DNA of 12,667 nt from Chthoniobacteraceae bacterium (GCA_040081625.1 JBEBGD010000136.1:1-12667); one strand, 5' to 3'; positions 1-7,704 are shown, counted from the stretch's first letter. Made by a program: numbers and translations. The notes: generated by a model not told the origin, from the letters alone.

Positions 1-117
1 GGCGGGCCACCGAAGTCACGACGCGGCGGACCACCAAAATCACGACGCGGAGGACCGCCGAAGTCACGGCGTGGCGGTCCACCAAAATCCCGGCGCGGGG
101 GACCGAAGTCGCGGCGT
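1..117 (-). repeat. Coding tandem repeat with a 24-bp unit (4 copies plus one 21-bp copy) encoding RRDFGGPP in the helicase C-terminal tail
   Basis: Units at 1-24, 25-48, 49-72 and 73-96, with a shorter unit at 97-117 (RRDFGPP). Differences between the full units are synonymous. The array may continue beyond base 1. Confidence 0.92.
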
Positions 118-1499
118 CCGCCACCGCCGCGAGACTGCGCGTCGTATTGCGGATAGGGCCGGCGCTCGGGACGCGGGTCGTCTTCGAGGATCTTCTCGGC
201 TTCGCGCGCGGTCTCCTGCGAGAGGAGGTGCATGGCGGCGTTGGAGATGTCGGTCGCGGAGAAGCCGGCTGAGAGCAGTTCATCGACGACGGCGTCGTAG
301 CGCTTGAAGTCGCCCTTGGTGAGCGTGTCGCGCAGCACTTCGAGGAAGGCGGCGCTGCGCTTCTCGGCGAGTTCGTTGATGCTCGGGACTTTTTCGCGGC
401 GGATGTTCGCGCGGGTGAAGCGCTGGATCTGCTGCATCTTCCAAATCTCGCGCCCGGCGACGAAGGTGATCGCGCGGCCTGCGCGGCCTGCGCGGCCGGT
501 GCGGCCGATGCGATGGACGTAGTCCTCGGCGTCGTTGGGCAGGTCGTAGTTGAAGACGACTTCGATGTCGTCCACGTCGAGGCCGCGGGCGGCGACGTCG
601 GTGGCGACGAGCAGCTCGATCTTGCGGTCGCGGAAACGCTTCATGGTGCGCTCGCGCATCTGCTGGCTCATGTCGCCGTGGAGTTTGTCGGCGCTGTAGC
701 CGCGGTTGGTGAGCGCCTCGGTCAGTTCGTCGCACATCATCTTCGTCGCGCAGAAGACGAGGCCGTATTTTACGTCCTGGATGTCGATCAGCCGGCAGAG
801 CACCTCGATTTTCGAGCGGCGTTCCACTTCGTAATAGACCTGCTCGATCATCGGCGCGGAGATGGTCGCGGACTCGATGTTGATGTGCTCCGGCTCGCGG
901 GAGAACTTGTTGATCATGTTGCGGATCAACTTCGGGAGCGTGGCGGAGAAGAAGGCGGTCTGGCGGTCGGTGGGCGCGCTGGCGAGGATGCGCTCGATGT
1001 CCTCGGCGAAGCCCATGTCGAGCATGCGATCGCACTCGTCGAGGACGAGCATCTTGAGCTGGTCGAGCTTGAGGGATTTGCGGTCGAGGTGGTCGATGAT
1101 GCGGCCCGGGGTGCCGATGACGAACTGGACGCCGGCATCGAGGCCGCGGAACTGGCGCTCGTAGCTGGCGCCGCCGTAGATGGGCAGCTCGCGCACGCCT
1201 TTCTTGAAGAAAGCGAGCTTGGCGACTTCCTCGGCGACCTGCATGGCGAGTTCGCGCGTGGGGCAGAGCACGAGGGCCTGCACGGCGCGGTTGGCCGCGT
1301 CGATTTTCTCGATGGCCGGGATGGCGAAGGCGGCGGTCTTGCCCGAGCCGGTTTGGGACTGGCCCACGAGGTCGCGCCCGCCCAGGAGGACCGGGATGGC
1401 GGCGGACTGGATCGGCGTGGCTTCCTCATAACCGAGCTTCTCGACGGCCTTGAGGATCTCCGGTGAGAGGCCCAGCTCATTGAAAGGCTTCTTTTGCAT
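1..1499 (-). CDS. deaD: DEAD-box ATP-dependent RNA helicase, DeaD/CsdA-like; 3' end lies outside the window
   Basis: Manual translation from ATG at 1499 (MQKKPFNELGLSPEILKAVEKLGYEEATPIQ) shows the Q motif, motif I SQTGSGKT, Ia PTRELA, Ib TPGRI, motif II DECD, motif III SAT, motif V ARGLD and motif VI HRIGRTGRAG. The frame is open to the window edge. The symbol is a best family guess among DEAD-box paralogues. Confidence 0.9.
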   Translation of the reverse strand, partial: MQKKPFNELGLSPEILKAVEKLGYEEATPIQSAAIPVLLGGRDLVGQSQTGSGKTAAFAIPAIEKIDAANRAVQALVLCPTRELAMQVAEEVAKLAFFKKGVRELPIYGGASYERQFRGLDAGVQFVIGTPGRIIDHLDRKSLKLDQLKMLVLDECDRMLDMGFAEDIERILASAPTDRQTAFFSATLPKLIRNMINKFSREPEHINIESATISAPMIEQVYYEVERRSKIEVLCRLIDIQDVKYGLVFCATKMMCDELTEALTNRGYSADKLHGDMSQQMRERTMKRFRDRKIELLVATDVAARGLDVDDIEVVFNYDLPNDAEDYVHRIGRTGRAGRAGRAITFVAGREIWKMQQIQRFTRANIRREKVPSINELAEKRSAAFLEVLRDTLTKGDFKRYDAVVDELLSAGFSATDISNAAMHLLSQETAREAEKILEDDPRPERRPYPQYDAQSRGGGGRRDFGPPRRDFGGPPRRDFGGPPRRDFGGPPRRDFGGP

Positions 1500-1527
1500 A
1501 GCCGACTCACCTAGCGCACATCGGGTC

Positions 1528-1555
1528 CCGAAGCCAACGGATTAACCGGCTTCGG
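1528..1555. other. Intergenic hairpin between the GNAT stop and the helicase start
   Basis: Perfect 8-bp inverted repeat CCGAAGCC (1528-1535) / GGCTTCGG (1548-1555) with a 12-nt loop. There is no poly-U tail, so the function is uncertain. Confidence 0.4.
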
Positions 1556-1558
1556 TGC

Positions 1559-2038
1559 TCAACTCGGCGTCGCTTCGTCCGGCGTGAGCACGTAGCGCAT
1601 CGGGATCATCTTCGATTTGTAGAAGCCGTGGCGCTCGAAAAACTGCTGGCCTTGCTCGTTGAGCCGGTCGGTCAGCAGCGTGATGCGCAGGAAGTCTTTC
1701 TTGCGCGCATACTCGATGGCGTGCGTGAGCAGCTTGTCCCCGTAGCCGCGGTGGCGGAAGTCGTGATGGACGATCACGTCCTCGAGCATGATGACGAAGC
1801 CGCCTTCCGCGGTGCTGATGGTGAAGAGCAGGTTGATCATCCCGAGGATGACTCCGTTGTTCCGAAGGACAAAGATGCGGCCACGACTCGGCTGCTCGAG
1901 GATGAGACGCAGCCCGCGCATCTGCTTGGCGCGGTTCGGCACGAAGTCGCCCTCGATGGTGAACAGCTCGTGGAGCAGATCGACCAACTGCGGCAGATCC
2001 TCGAGTGTGGCTTGTTCGATGACCGGTTCGTCGTTCAT
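1559..2038 (-). CDS. GNAT family N-acetyltransferase (159 aa)
   Basis: Start reassigned to ATG 2038 (MNDEPVIEQATLEDLPQLVDLL), typical of a GNAT N-terminus. Acetyl-CoA motif A is LEDVIVHHDFRHRGYGDKLL and motif B is NEQGQQFFERHGF. The longer 2278 start would overlap the divergent kinase and encodes non-protein-like sequence. Confidence 0.9.
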   Translation of the reverse strand: MNDEPVIEQATLEDLPQLVDLLHELFTIEGDFVPNRAKQMRGLRLILEQPSRGRIFVLRNNGVILGMINLLFTISTAEGGFVIMLEDVIVHHDFRHRGYGDKLLTHAIEYARKKDFLRITLLTDRLNEQGQQFFERHGFYKSKMIPMRYVLTPDEATPS

Positions 2039-2104
2039 GCGCGCAGTGTCTATCGCACAACCGCGCTGGGCTTGGAAGTGACGACTTCGTGCCAAACAGC
2101 CGGC

Positions 2105-2128
2105 GCGTAATACCAAAGAACTATACCG
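2105..2128 (+). promoter_or_regulatory. Bipartite motif GCGTAAT-N9-CTATACCG, copy 1 (upstream of the kinase); candidate regulator-binding or promoter site
   Basis: Identical 7-nt and 8-nt blocks with identical 9-nt spacing recur at 4948-4971. Both copies are intergenic and in the same orientation. Confidence 0.55.
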
Positions 2129-2234
2129 CCCACTCCGCGCCCCTCCATGTTCGCGCCGTGCCTTCGCTTCCATCCAGCGCACCCTCTTCGACTCGTCCCG
2201 CGAGCGCCGGCCCGCTTGCCTCGCTCGTCTTGCC

Positions 2235-4283
2235 ATGACCGTCGCACGCCGCATCCTCGTCCACGTCGCGCTCGGCACCGCATTCGTCGTCGCCGTGGTC
2301 AGCGCGGTGACCTACGCGCTCGTGTATGAGGCGCTGACGCAGAGCGGTCTCAAGCAACTCGAGACCTATGTGGCCGAGCGCGCGGAGCACGAAGAAGCGC
2401 GCTTCCAGCAAGTGCAGGCGAACCTCACGCTCGTGCGCGAAATGTTCCTGAAACGGCTCGAACAACCGATGGCGCCCGAGCGCGTCGAGGAACTCTTCAA
2501 CCGCTGGAACCGCCGCTACGACGACGGCGCGTGGCGCACCCGCGAGCAGTTCCCCGATGGACGCAGGAACGCCAGCATGTGGGCCGATCGCGACTGGCCC
2601 GGCACGCCCGAGCAGCGCCGCATGGCTGTCATCGCGCAGGAGCTTTGCGACGAGATGCTGCCCGGCTGGGTCGATGCTTTCCCGAGCTACTACTTCCAGT
2701 TTCCCCACCCCGGGATGCTCAACGCCGGAGTCGATGTGCTGCTCTCGGACTGGTCGTGGAAGATGCCCGCGAAGTTCGACACCACAGGCCTCGAATGGAT
2801 CGCGCTCGCGCTGCCGGAGAAGCGCGACGAGCCGGATCGCTTTTCGTGGACCGGCTTGCAGCAGGACGACGTCGTCTCCGAGCCGCTCGTGTGCGTCTAT
2901 CTCCCGGTGGTCAAGGGCGGCGTCTTCACCGCTTCCGTCGGGCACAACATGTCGATGCGCTTCATGATCGATGCCGCCGCGCGGAGCGAGATCGCCGGCG
3001 CAGCGCACTACATCTTTCGCACCGACGGACGCCTCATCGCGCACCCGACGAAGCGCGCGGAGATCCTCGCGAGCAAAGGCCTGCTCAAGGCGCAGGAGTG
3101 CGACGACCCGGTGCTCGCGAGCCTCGTCCGCATCGCCAGCGCACGCGGCGAACGGCGCTTCTCGGGCTTCGATCCCGCGACCGACACCTACTTCAGCATC
3201 GCGTGACTCGCCGGGCCCGAGTGGCTCTACGTCACCACGATGTCGCGCGACTACCTGCGGAAGAACGCGTTCGCCTCCGCGCAATGGGTGCTCTGGAGCG
3301 GCCTCATCTCGATCGCGCTCGTGCTCGGCTCGATCGCCGCCATCCTCCGCAGGCAGGTCTCTCGACCGCTCGCGGAACTCACGCGCGCGACGAAGGCGAT
3401 GAGCGCCGGCGTCGATGCGCACGCACCCGCATTTCGCGCGGATGAACTCGGTGAACTCGCGGGCTCATTCCGCGAGATGGTCGCGAGGGTCGCCGCGCGC
3501 GAAGGGGATCTGCGCCAGCTCAACCTCGACCTCGAACGGCGAGTCGCCGAGCGAACCGACGACCTCAACCAGGCGCTCTCCCGCGAGCGCGAACTCGGAG
3601 AGATGAAGAGCAATTTCGTGTCGCTCGTCTCGCACGAATTCCGCACGCCGCTCGGCGTCATCATGTCCGCCGCCGACGTGCTCGACCGCTACTTCGAGCG
3701 CCTGCCCGCGGAGAAGCGCGCGCGGCATCTCCAGATGATCCAGCGCAGCACGAAAAGCCTCGCCGCATTGATCGAGGAAGTGCTGCTGCTCAGCCGTGTC
3801 GAGGAAGGCCGGATGAAATTCGCACCCGAGCCGCTCGATCTCGACAAGCTCTGCCGCGCGCTCTGCGACGAACTGCGCTCGGCCACCGGCGACGCATCCC
3901 CGATCCTCTTCACCGCCGCCACGCCGCTCGATGGCGCGGTGAGCGACGAGGCCGTGCTGCGCCACATCCTGAGCAACCTGCTCTCGAACGCGTGCAAATA
4001 CTCCGAGCCCGGCAGTGCCGTCGATTTCGCCGCCGAGCGGCGCGGTGGCGACGTCGTCTTCACCATCCACGACCGCGGCATCGGCATTCCGGCGGAGGAC
4101 CAGCCGCGGTTGTTCACGTCCTTCACGCGCGGCGGAAATGTCGGCACGCGCCCCGGCACCGGCCTCGGCCTCGTCGTCGTGCAACGCTGCGTGCGGCTCC
4201 ACGGCGGGACGCTCCGACTCGATAGCGAAGTCGGCGTCGGAACCACTGTCACCGTCGCACTTCCGCTATTCCAAACCTTATGA
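2235..4283 (+). pseudogene. Membrane sensor histidine kinase (TM1 - Cache-like periplasmic domain - TM2 - HAMP - HisKA - HATPase_c) interrupted by one in-frame TGA at 3204-3206
   Basis: ORFs 2235..3206 and 3240..4283 share one frame and read ...YFSIA*LAGPEWLYVTTMSRDYL.... The 5' part has TM1 and the Cache-like YIFRTDGRLIAHP. The 3' part has TM2, HAMP (RPLAELT...DELGELAGSF), H-box SHEFRTPL, N-box NLLSNACKYS, G1 DRGIGIP and G2 GTGLGL. Pseudogene, sequencing error and readthrough cannot be distinguished from this sequence. Confidence 0.8.
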
Positions 4284-4894
4284 AAACCATCCTGCTCATC
4301 GAAGATCAGCCCGACATGCGCGTGAACATCGCGGCCATCCTCGAGATGGAAGACTACGCCGTGCTCACTGCGGAAAACGGCCGCGAAGGCATCGACCTCG
4401 CGCGCGACGAAAAGCGCGACCTCATCCTGTGCGATGTGATGATGCCGGTGATGGATGGCTACGACGTGCTGCACGCGCTTCGCGGCGACGCGACGATCCG
4501 CGGCACGCCTTTCGTTTTCCTCACCGCGAAGGGCGAGAAGCGCGACCTGCGCGCGGGCATGAACCTCGGCGCCGACGACTACCTCACCAAGCCCGTGAGC
4601 GCCGAGGATCTGCTCGCCACCGTGCGCGCGCGGCTCGACCGCGAGCTGCTGCGGCCCGGCTTCATGCCGGGCTTCGAGTCGCACGCGCCACTCGAGACGC
4701 TCGGCCTCACTCCGCGCGAAGCGGAGGTGCTGCTGTGGGTCGCGCAGGGGAAATCGAACCCGGAGATCTCGACGATCCTCGGTGCGGCGGAGAACACGAT
4801 CAAAGTCCACCTCGGCCGAATCTTCGAGAAGCTCGGCGCGGACAATCGCCACGCGGCGATGCTCATCGCGCTCGAGAAGTTGAGCGGGAAGTAG
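4280..4894 (+). CDS. NarL/FixJ-family response regulator (REC plus LuxR-type HTH)
   Basis: REC domain with LLIED, phospho-acceptor Asp52 (LILCDVMMP), FLTAK and DDYLTKP. C-terminal HTH LTPREAEVLLWVAQGKSNPEISTILGAAENTIKVHLGRIFEKLG. ATGA overlap with the kinase stop indicates translational coupling. Confidence 0.95.
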   Translation: MKTILLIEDQPDMRVNIAAILEMEDYAVLTAENGREGIDLARDEKRDLILCDVMMPVMDGYDVLHALRGDATIRGTPFVFLTAKGEKRDLRAGMNLGADDYLTKPVSAEDLLATVRARLDRELLRPGFMPGFESHAPLETLGLTPREAEVLLWVAQGKSNPEISTILGAAENTIKVHLGRIFEKLGADNRHAAMLIALEKLSGK

Positions 4895-4899
4895 CGCCG

Positions 4900-4920
4900 G
4901 CGGGCGGCATATTCGCCCGC
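4900..4920. terminator. Possible hairpin/terminator just after the response regulator
   Basis: GCGGGCG (4900-4906) / CGCCCGC (4914-4920) 7-bp stem starting 6 nt after the stop codon. There is no U-tract on the plus strand. Confidence 0.3.
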
Positions 4921-4947
4921 AAAGCAAGGATTCAAGCGGCTCGCGGG

Positions 4948-4971
4948 GCGTAATGCTGTCCCGCTATACCG
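4948..4971 (+). promoter_or_regulatory. Bipartite motif GCGTAAT-N9-CTATACCG, copy 2 (upstream of the 166-aa ORF)
   Basis: Exact match of both blocks and of the spacing to 2105-2128. Confidence 0.55.
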
Positions 4972-5004
4972 GGATTCGGCGGGAGGGCGCATCGTCGCGG
5001 CGCC

Positions 5005-5505
5005 ATGAATACCGCACTTCTCTCACTCGACCGGCCCTCCGCGTTCAGCGCCGCGCCGATTCACTTCACCATCGCCAGCCGCGACGCGCGCCCGCTTTGC
5101 GCGGACACCGACGTGTTCGCGCAGCTCGCCGCGTTCTGCACCCGCGTGCTGCTGCTCGGCGGACGTTCGCCGATCGACCAACCGTCGCTCGCCCGCGTGC
5201 TGCTCGCCGCGTATGCGGCCGACGCACTCGAGGCGCTTGGCGATGATGCCGCGCTCGAAGTGAGCGAGCGCTTCGATCTCGCGACGCGCTTGATGCGCGA
5301 CGTGCTGCAAATGGAGTCGGCTGAAGCCGAGCGGCACGCCGCGGTGCTCGTAAGCCCGGCCGGCGCCGCGAGCCCGCGCCTCGGCGAGATCATGCGGCGC
5401 GGCGCGGCGGCCTTCGCGCAATGGCAGGAGGAGTCGGCGGAGTTCGTGCCGGACGACTTCCGCGAACTCGTCGCCGCCTGCGCCGCGCGCCCGGCGATCC
5501 GTTGA
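5005..5505 (+). CDS. Hypothetical all-alpha-helical protein (166 aa), possibly a divergent Imm48-like immunity protein
   Basis: ATG-started ORF with host-like GC3-rich codons that fills the gap between the regulator and the beta-helix gene. The segment LLAAY...LMRDVL...A...A..LV...PRLGEIMRRG...FAQWQE resembles my recollection of Imm48 (HRG motif). Confidence refers to the CDS; the family call is weaker. Confidence 0.75.
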   Translation: MNTALLSLDRPSAFSAAPIHFTIASRDARPLCADTDVFAQLAAFCTRVLLLGGRSPIDQPSLARVLLAAYAADALEALGDDAALEVSERFDLATRLMRDVLQMESAEAERHAAVLVSPAGAASPRLGEIMRRGAAAFAQWQEESAEFVPDDFRELVAACAARPAIR

Positions 5506-5523
5506 ATTCAACACATCACCCAC

Positions 5524-6249
5524 ATGAAAACCAAACTCATCCTCGCATTCCTCGCCGTGCCGTTGCTCTTCATCGGCGCTGCGCAAGCCGGCCCGATCCG
5601 CAATGGCGGAGTCGTCATCACCAAGCCGGGAAAATATGTGCTCCTCCGCAATCTCGTGGTGAAGACGCCGCCCGGCGGGCTCGCGCCAGTCGGCATCTCC
5701 ATCGCGGCGAGCGATGTGGAACTGGACCTCGCCGGCTTCACCATCGCGCCAGCCCCGGGCAATGAGGGCTTCGGGATCGGGATCAGCATCGCGGGCGGCG
5801 CCGAGCGGGTGCGCATCCACAACGGTCGTGTTCGTAACTTCGAGATCGGCGTGCAGGTCGGCACGGCGCAGACGTTCGCCAGCGACTGTGAGATCGAGCG
5901 ACTGCACCTCTCGCGGATCGCGAAGCGGGGCATCGATGTGCATGGCGACAGCCACATCATCCGCGCGTGCTCGATCATCAAGTTGGCGGACAACGGAAAT
6001 GGAATCGTCGTCGATAACCCCGTGCTGGGTCTGTGCGAGGTGAGCGACTGCACGATCGGCGCCGCTGTCTTCGGAGCGAACGGGGTTTTCTCGTTCTCGT
6101 CGGGCGCGCTGATCGTTCGGCGATGCGTGGTCCAGCGCTTCGCGATCGGCTACAACGTGACGCAGAATGGCAAGCTGTTCGACAACCTGACGAGTGGGTG
6201 TGGGACTGCCGTCAGTGGCAACCCCGCTCTGGTCGGCGCGAACAACTGA
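5524..6249 (+). CDS. Secreted right-handed parallel beta-helix (pectin-lyase-like fold) protein
   Basis: Sec signal peptide MKTKLILAFLAVPLLFIGAAQA|G. N-cap VITKPGKYVLLRNL...GISIAASDVELDLAGFTI is followed by repeating GI.I/V rungs (GISIAGGAERVRIHNGRVRNF, GIDVHGDSHIIRACSI, GIVV). Confidence 0.85.
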   Translation: MKTKLILAFLAVPLLFIGAAQAGPIRNGGVVITKPGKYVLLRNLVVKTPPGGLAPVGISIAASDVELDLAGFTIAPAPGNEGFGIGISIAGGAERVRIHNGRVRNFEIGVQVGTAQTFASDCEIERLHLSRIAKRGIDVHGDSHIIRACSIIKLADNGNGIVVDNPVLGLCEVSDCTIGAAVFGANGVFSFSSGALIVRRCVVQRFAIGYNVTQNGKLFDNLTSGCGTAVSGNPALVGANN

Positions 6250-6278
6250 AATCGGTGCGGACCGGATGCCGCCCGCGA

Positions 6279-7571
6279 TCAGCGCGTGCCGTGGACCTGC
6301 GCGGCGACTTTGAGGCGGAGCGCGTTGAGGGCGATGAAGCCGGTGGCGTCGCTCTGGTTGTAGGCCTTGGTCGGGTCGGCTTCCATCGTGGCGATGTGCG
6401 GGTTGTAGAGCGAGACGGGCGACTTGCGGCCGGCGGCGATGATGTTGCCCTTGTAGAGCTTCACGCGCACGACGCCGCTCACGTTTTTCTGCGACTCGGT
6501 GATGAGCGCCTGCAGCGCGTCGCGCTCGGGAGCGAACCAGAATCCGTTATACACGAGCGAGGCGTATTTCGGGACGAGCGAGTCGCGCAGGTGCATGACT
6601 TCGCGATCCATCGTGATGCTCTCCATCTGCCGGTGCGCGAAGTGGAGGATCGCGCCGCCGGGTGTCTCATAGACGCCGCGCGATTTCATGCCGACGAAAC
6701 GGTTCTCGACCATGTCCACGCGGCCGCAGCCGTGTTTGCCGCCGAGTTCGTTGAGGACTTTCATCACCCACAGCGGGCTGAGGATGGCGTGGTTGTCGGC
6801 GTTGAATTTAGGCTCGCCGCCATACTCGAGCGCCGTGAGCACGACGCCGATATCGGGATTGCCGATGGCAGTGCAAAGGCCGCGCTCAAAGGTCAACTCG
6901 ACGTATTCAGATTGGTCGGGTGCTTCCTCGGGCGAGACGCTGAGCACATACATGTCGCGTGCCTTCTCGGCACTCGCGTCGAACCACGGATCCTCAAGGA
7001 TGCCGGCCTCGAAACTGATGTGCAGGAGATTGCGATCCATCGAGTAGGGTTTCTTCGCGCTGGCCTGCACGGGAATTTTTTTCTCCTCGCAGTAGGCGAT
7101 CATCTCGGCGCGTCCGGGGAATTGCTCGCGGTAGCGCTCCTGCCGCCACGGCGCGATGATTTCCAACTCCGGCGCGAGCGCGGCGCTGGTGAGCTCGAAG
7201 CGGACCTGGTCGTTGCCCTTGCCGGTGGCTCCGTGCGCGATGGCGTCGGCGCCTTCAGCGCGCGCGATCTCGACCATGCGCCTGGCGATGCACGGGCGGG
7301 CGATGCTCGTGCCGAGGAAGTATTGGCCTTCGTAGATCGCGCCGGCCTGCATCATCGGGAAGATGAAGTCGCGCGCGAACTCCTCGCGAAGGTCGTCGAT
7401 GTAGATCTTGCTGGCGCCGGTCTTGAGCGCCTTTTCTTCAAGCCCGTCGAGTTCCTCCTCCTGCCCCACGTCGGCGCAGAAGGCGATCATCTCGGCGTCG
7501 TAGGTTTCCTTGATCCATGCGAGCAGGACCGAGGTGTCGAGGCCGCCCGAGTATGCGAGAAGGATTTTCAT
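6279..7571 (-). CDS. argG: Argininosuccinate synthase
   Basis: Start reassigned to ATG 7571 ([14 protein letters not shown]). Signature motifs [36 protein letters not shown] and [18 protein letters not shown] are present. Confidence 0.98.
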   Translation of the reverse strand: MKILLAYSGGLDTSVLLAWIKETYDAEMIAFCADVGQEEELDGLEEKALKTGASKIYIDDLREEFARDFIFPMMQAGAIYEGQYFLGTSIARPCIARRMVEIARAEGADAIAHGATGKGNDQVRFELTSAALAPELEIIAPWRQERYREQFPGRAEMIAYCEEKKIPVQASAKKPYSMDRNLLHISFEAGILEDPWFDASAEKARDMYVLSVSPEEAPDQSEYVELTFERGLCTAIGNPDIGVVLTALEYGGEPKFNADNHAILSPLWVMKVLNELGGKHGCGRVDMVENRFVGMKSRGVYETPGGAILHFAHRQMESITMDREVMHLRDSLVPKYASLVYNGFWFAPERDALQALITESQKNVSGVVRVKLYKGNIIAAGRKSPVSLYNPHIATMEADPTKAYNQSDATGFIALNALRLKVAAQVHGTR

Positions 7572-7704
7572 AAGGGCGCGGTTTCTAGCCGCACGCGGCG
7601 CGGGCGCAAACGGCGATTTTCCGGCGGCCCCATTCCTTTCGCTTGCGGATGATGTCGGCGGTGTGGCTCGCTGACGCCGCCGGTGCCGGGGTGGATACGC
7701 GCCG

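Noticed and set aside
1..117. Possible CRISPR array or DNA-level repeat element
   Set aside because: The units are contiguous with no spacers and vary at synonymous positions, so this is a protein repeat.
471..509. GCGCGGCCT 9-bp tandem repeat
   Set aside because: It simply encodes helicase motif VI and its extension (GRTGRAGRAGRA).
71..1510. Track ORFs 513..1466 (+), 280..1035 (-), 926..1510 (-) and smaller ones
   Set aside because: These are shadow or alternate frames of the helicase gene. Long stop-free antisense frames are expected in high-GC DNA.
2101..2128. Resemblance of the repeated motif to a Xer dif site (GCGCGTAAT vs GCGCATAAT)
   Set aside because: There is no XerD arm (TTATGTTAAAT) and the spacing does not fit the 6-bp dif core.
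3204..3260. Selenocysteine recoding of the kinase TGA (small ACTCG/CGAGT stem at the stop)
   Set aside because: The stem is only 5 bp and overlaps the codon, unlike bacterial SECIS geometry. The position is not a plausible Cys/redox site and CGA>TGA is simpler.
2121..4992. Long overlapping ORFs such as 2121..3422 (-), 3689..4927 (-), 2531..3445 (+) and 4015..4953 (+)
   Set aside because: They overlap the clearly identifiable kinase and regulator, are Arg/Ala/Pro-rich and carry no motifs.
6250..6278. Bidirectional terminator between the convergent beta-helix gene and argG
   Set aside because: Only a weak interrupted GC stem is present, with no T or A tracts.
7656..7682. Inverted repeat CGGCGGTGT/ACGCCGCCG between the surface-protein gene and argG
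   Set aside because: It is imperfect on the transcribed (minus) strand, almost all GC and has no U-tract, so it is plausible by chance.
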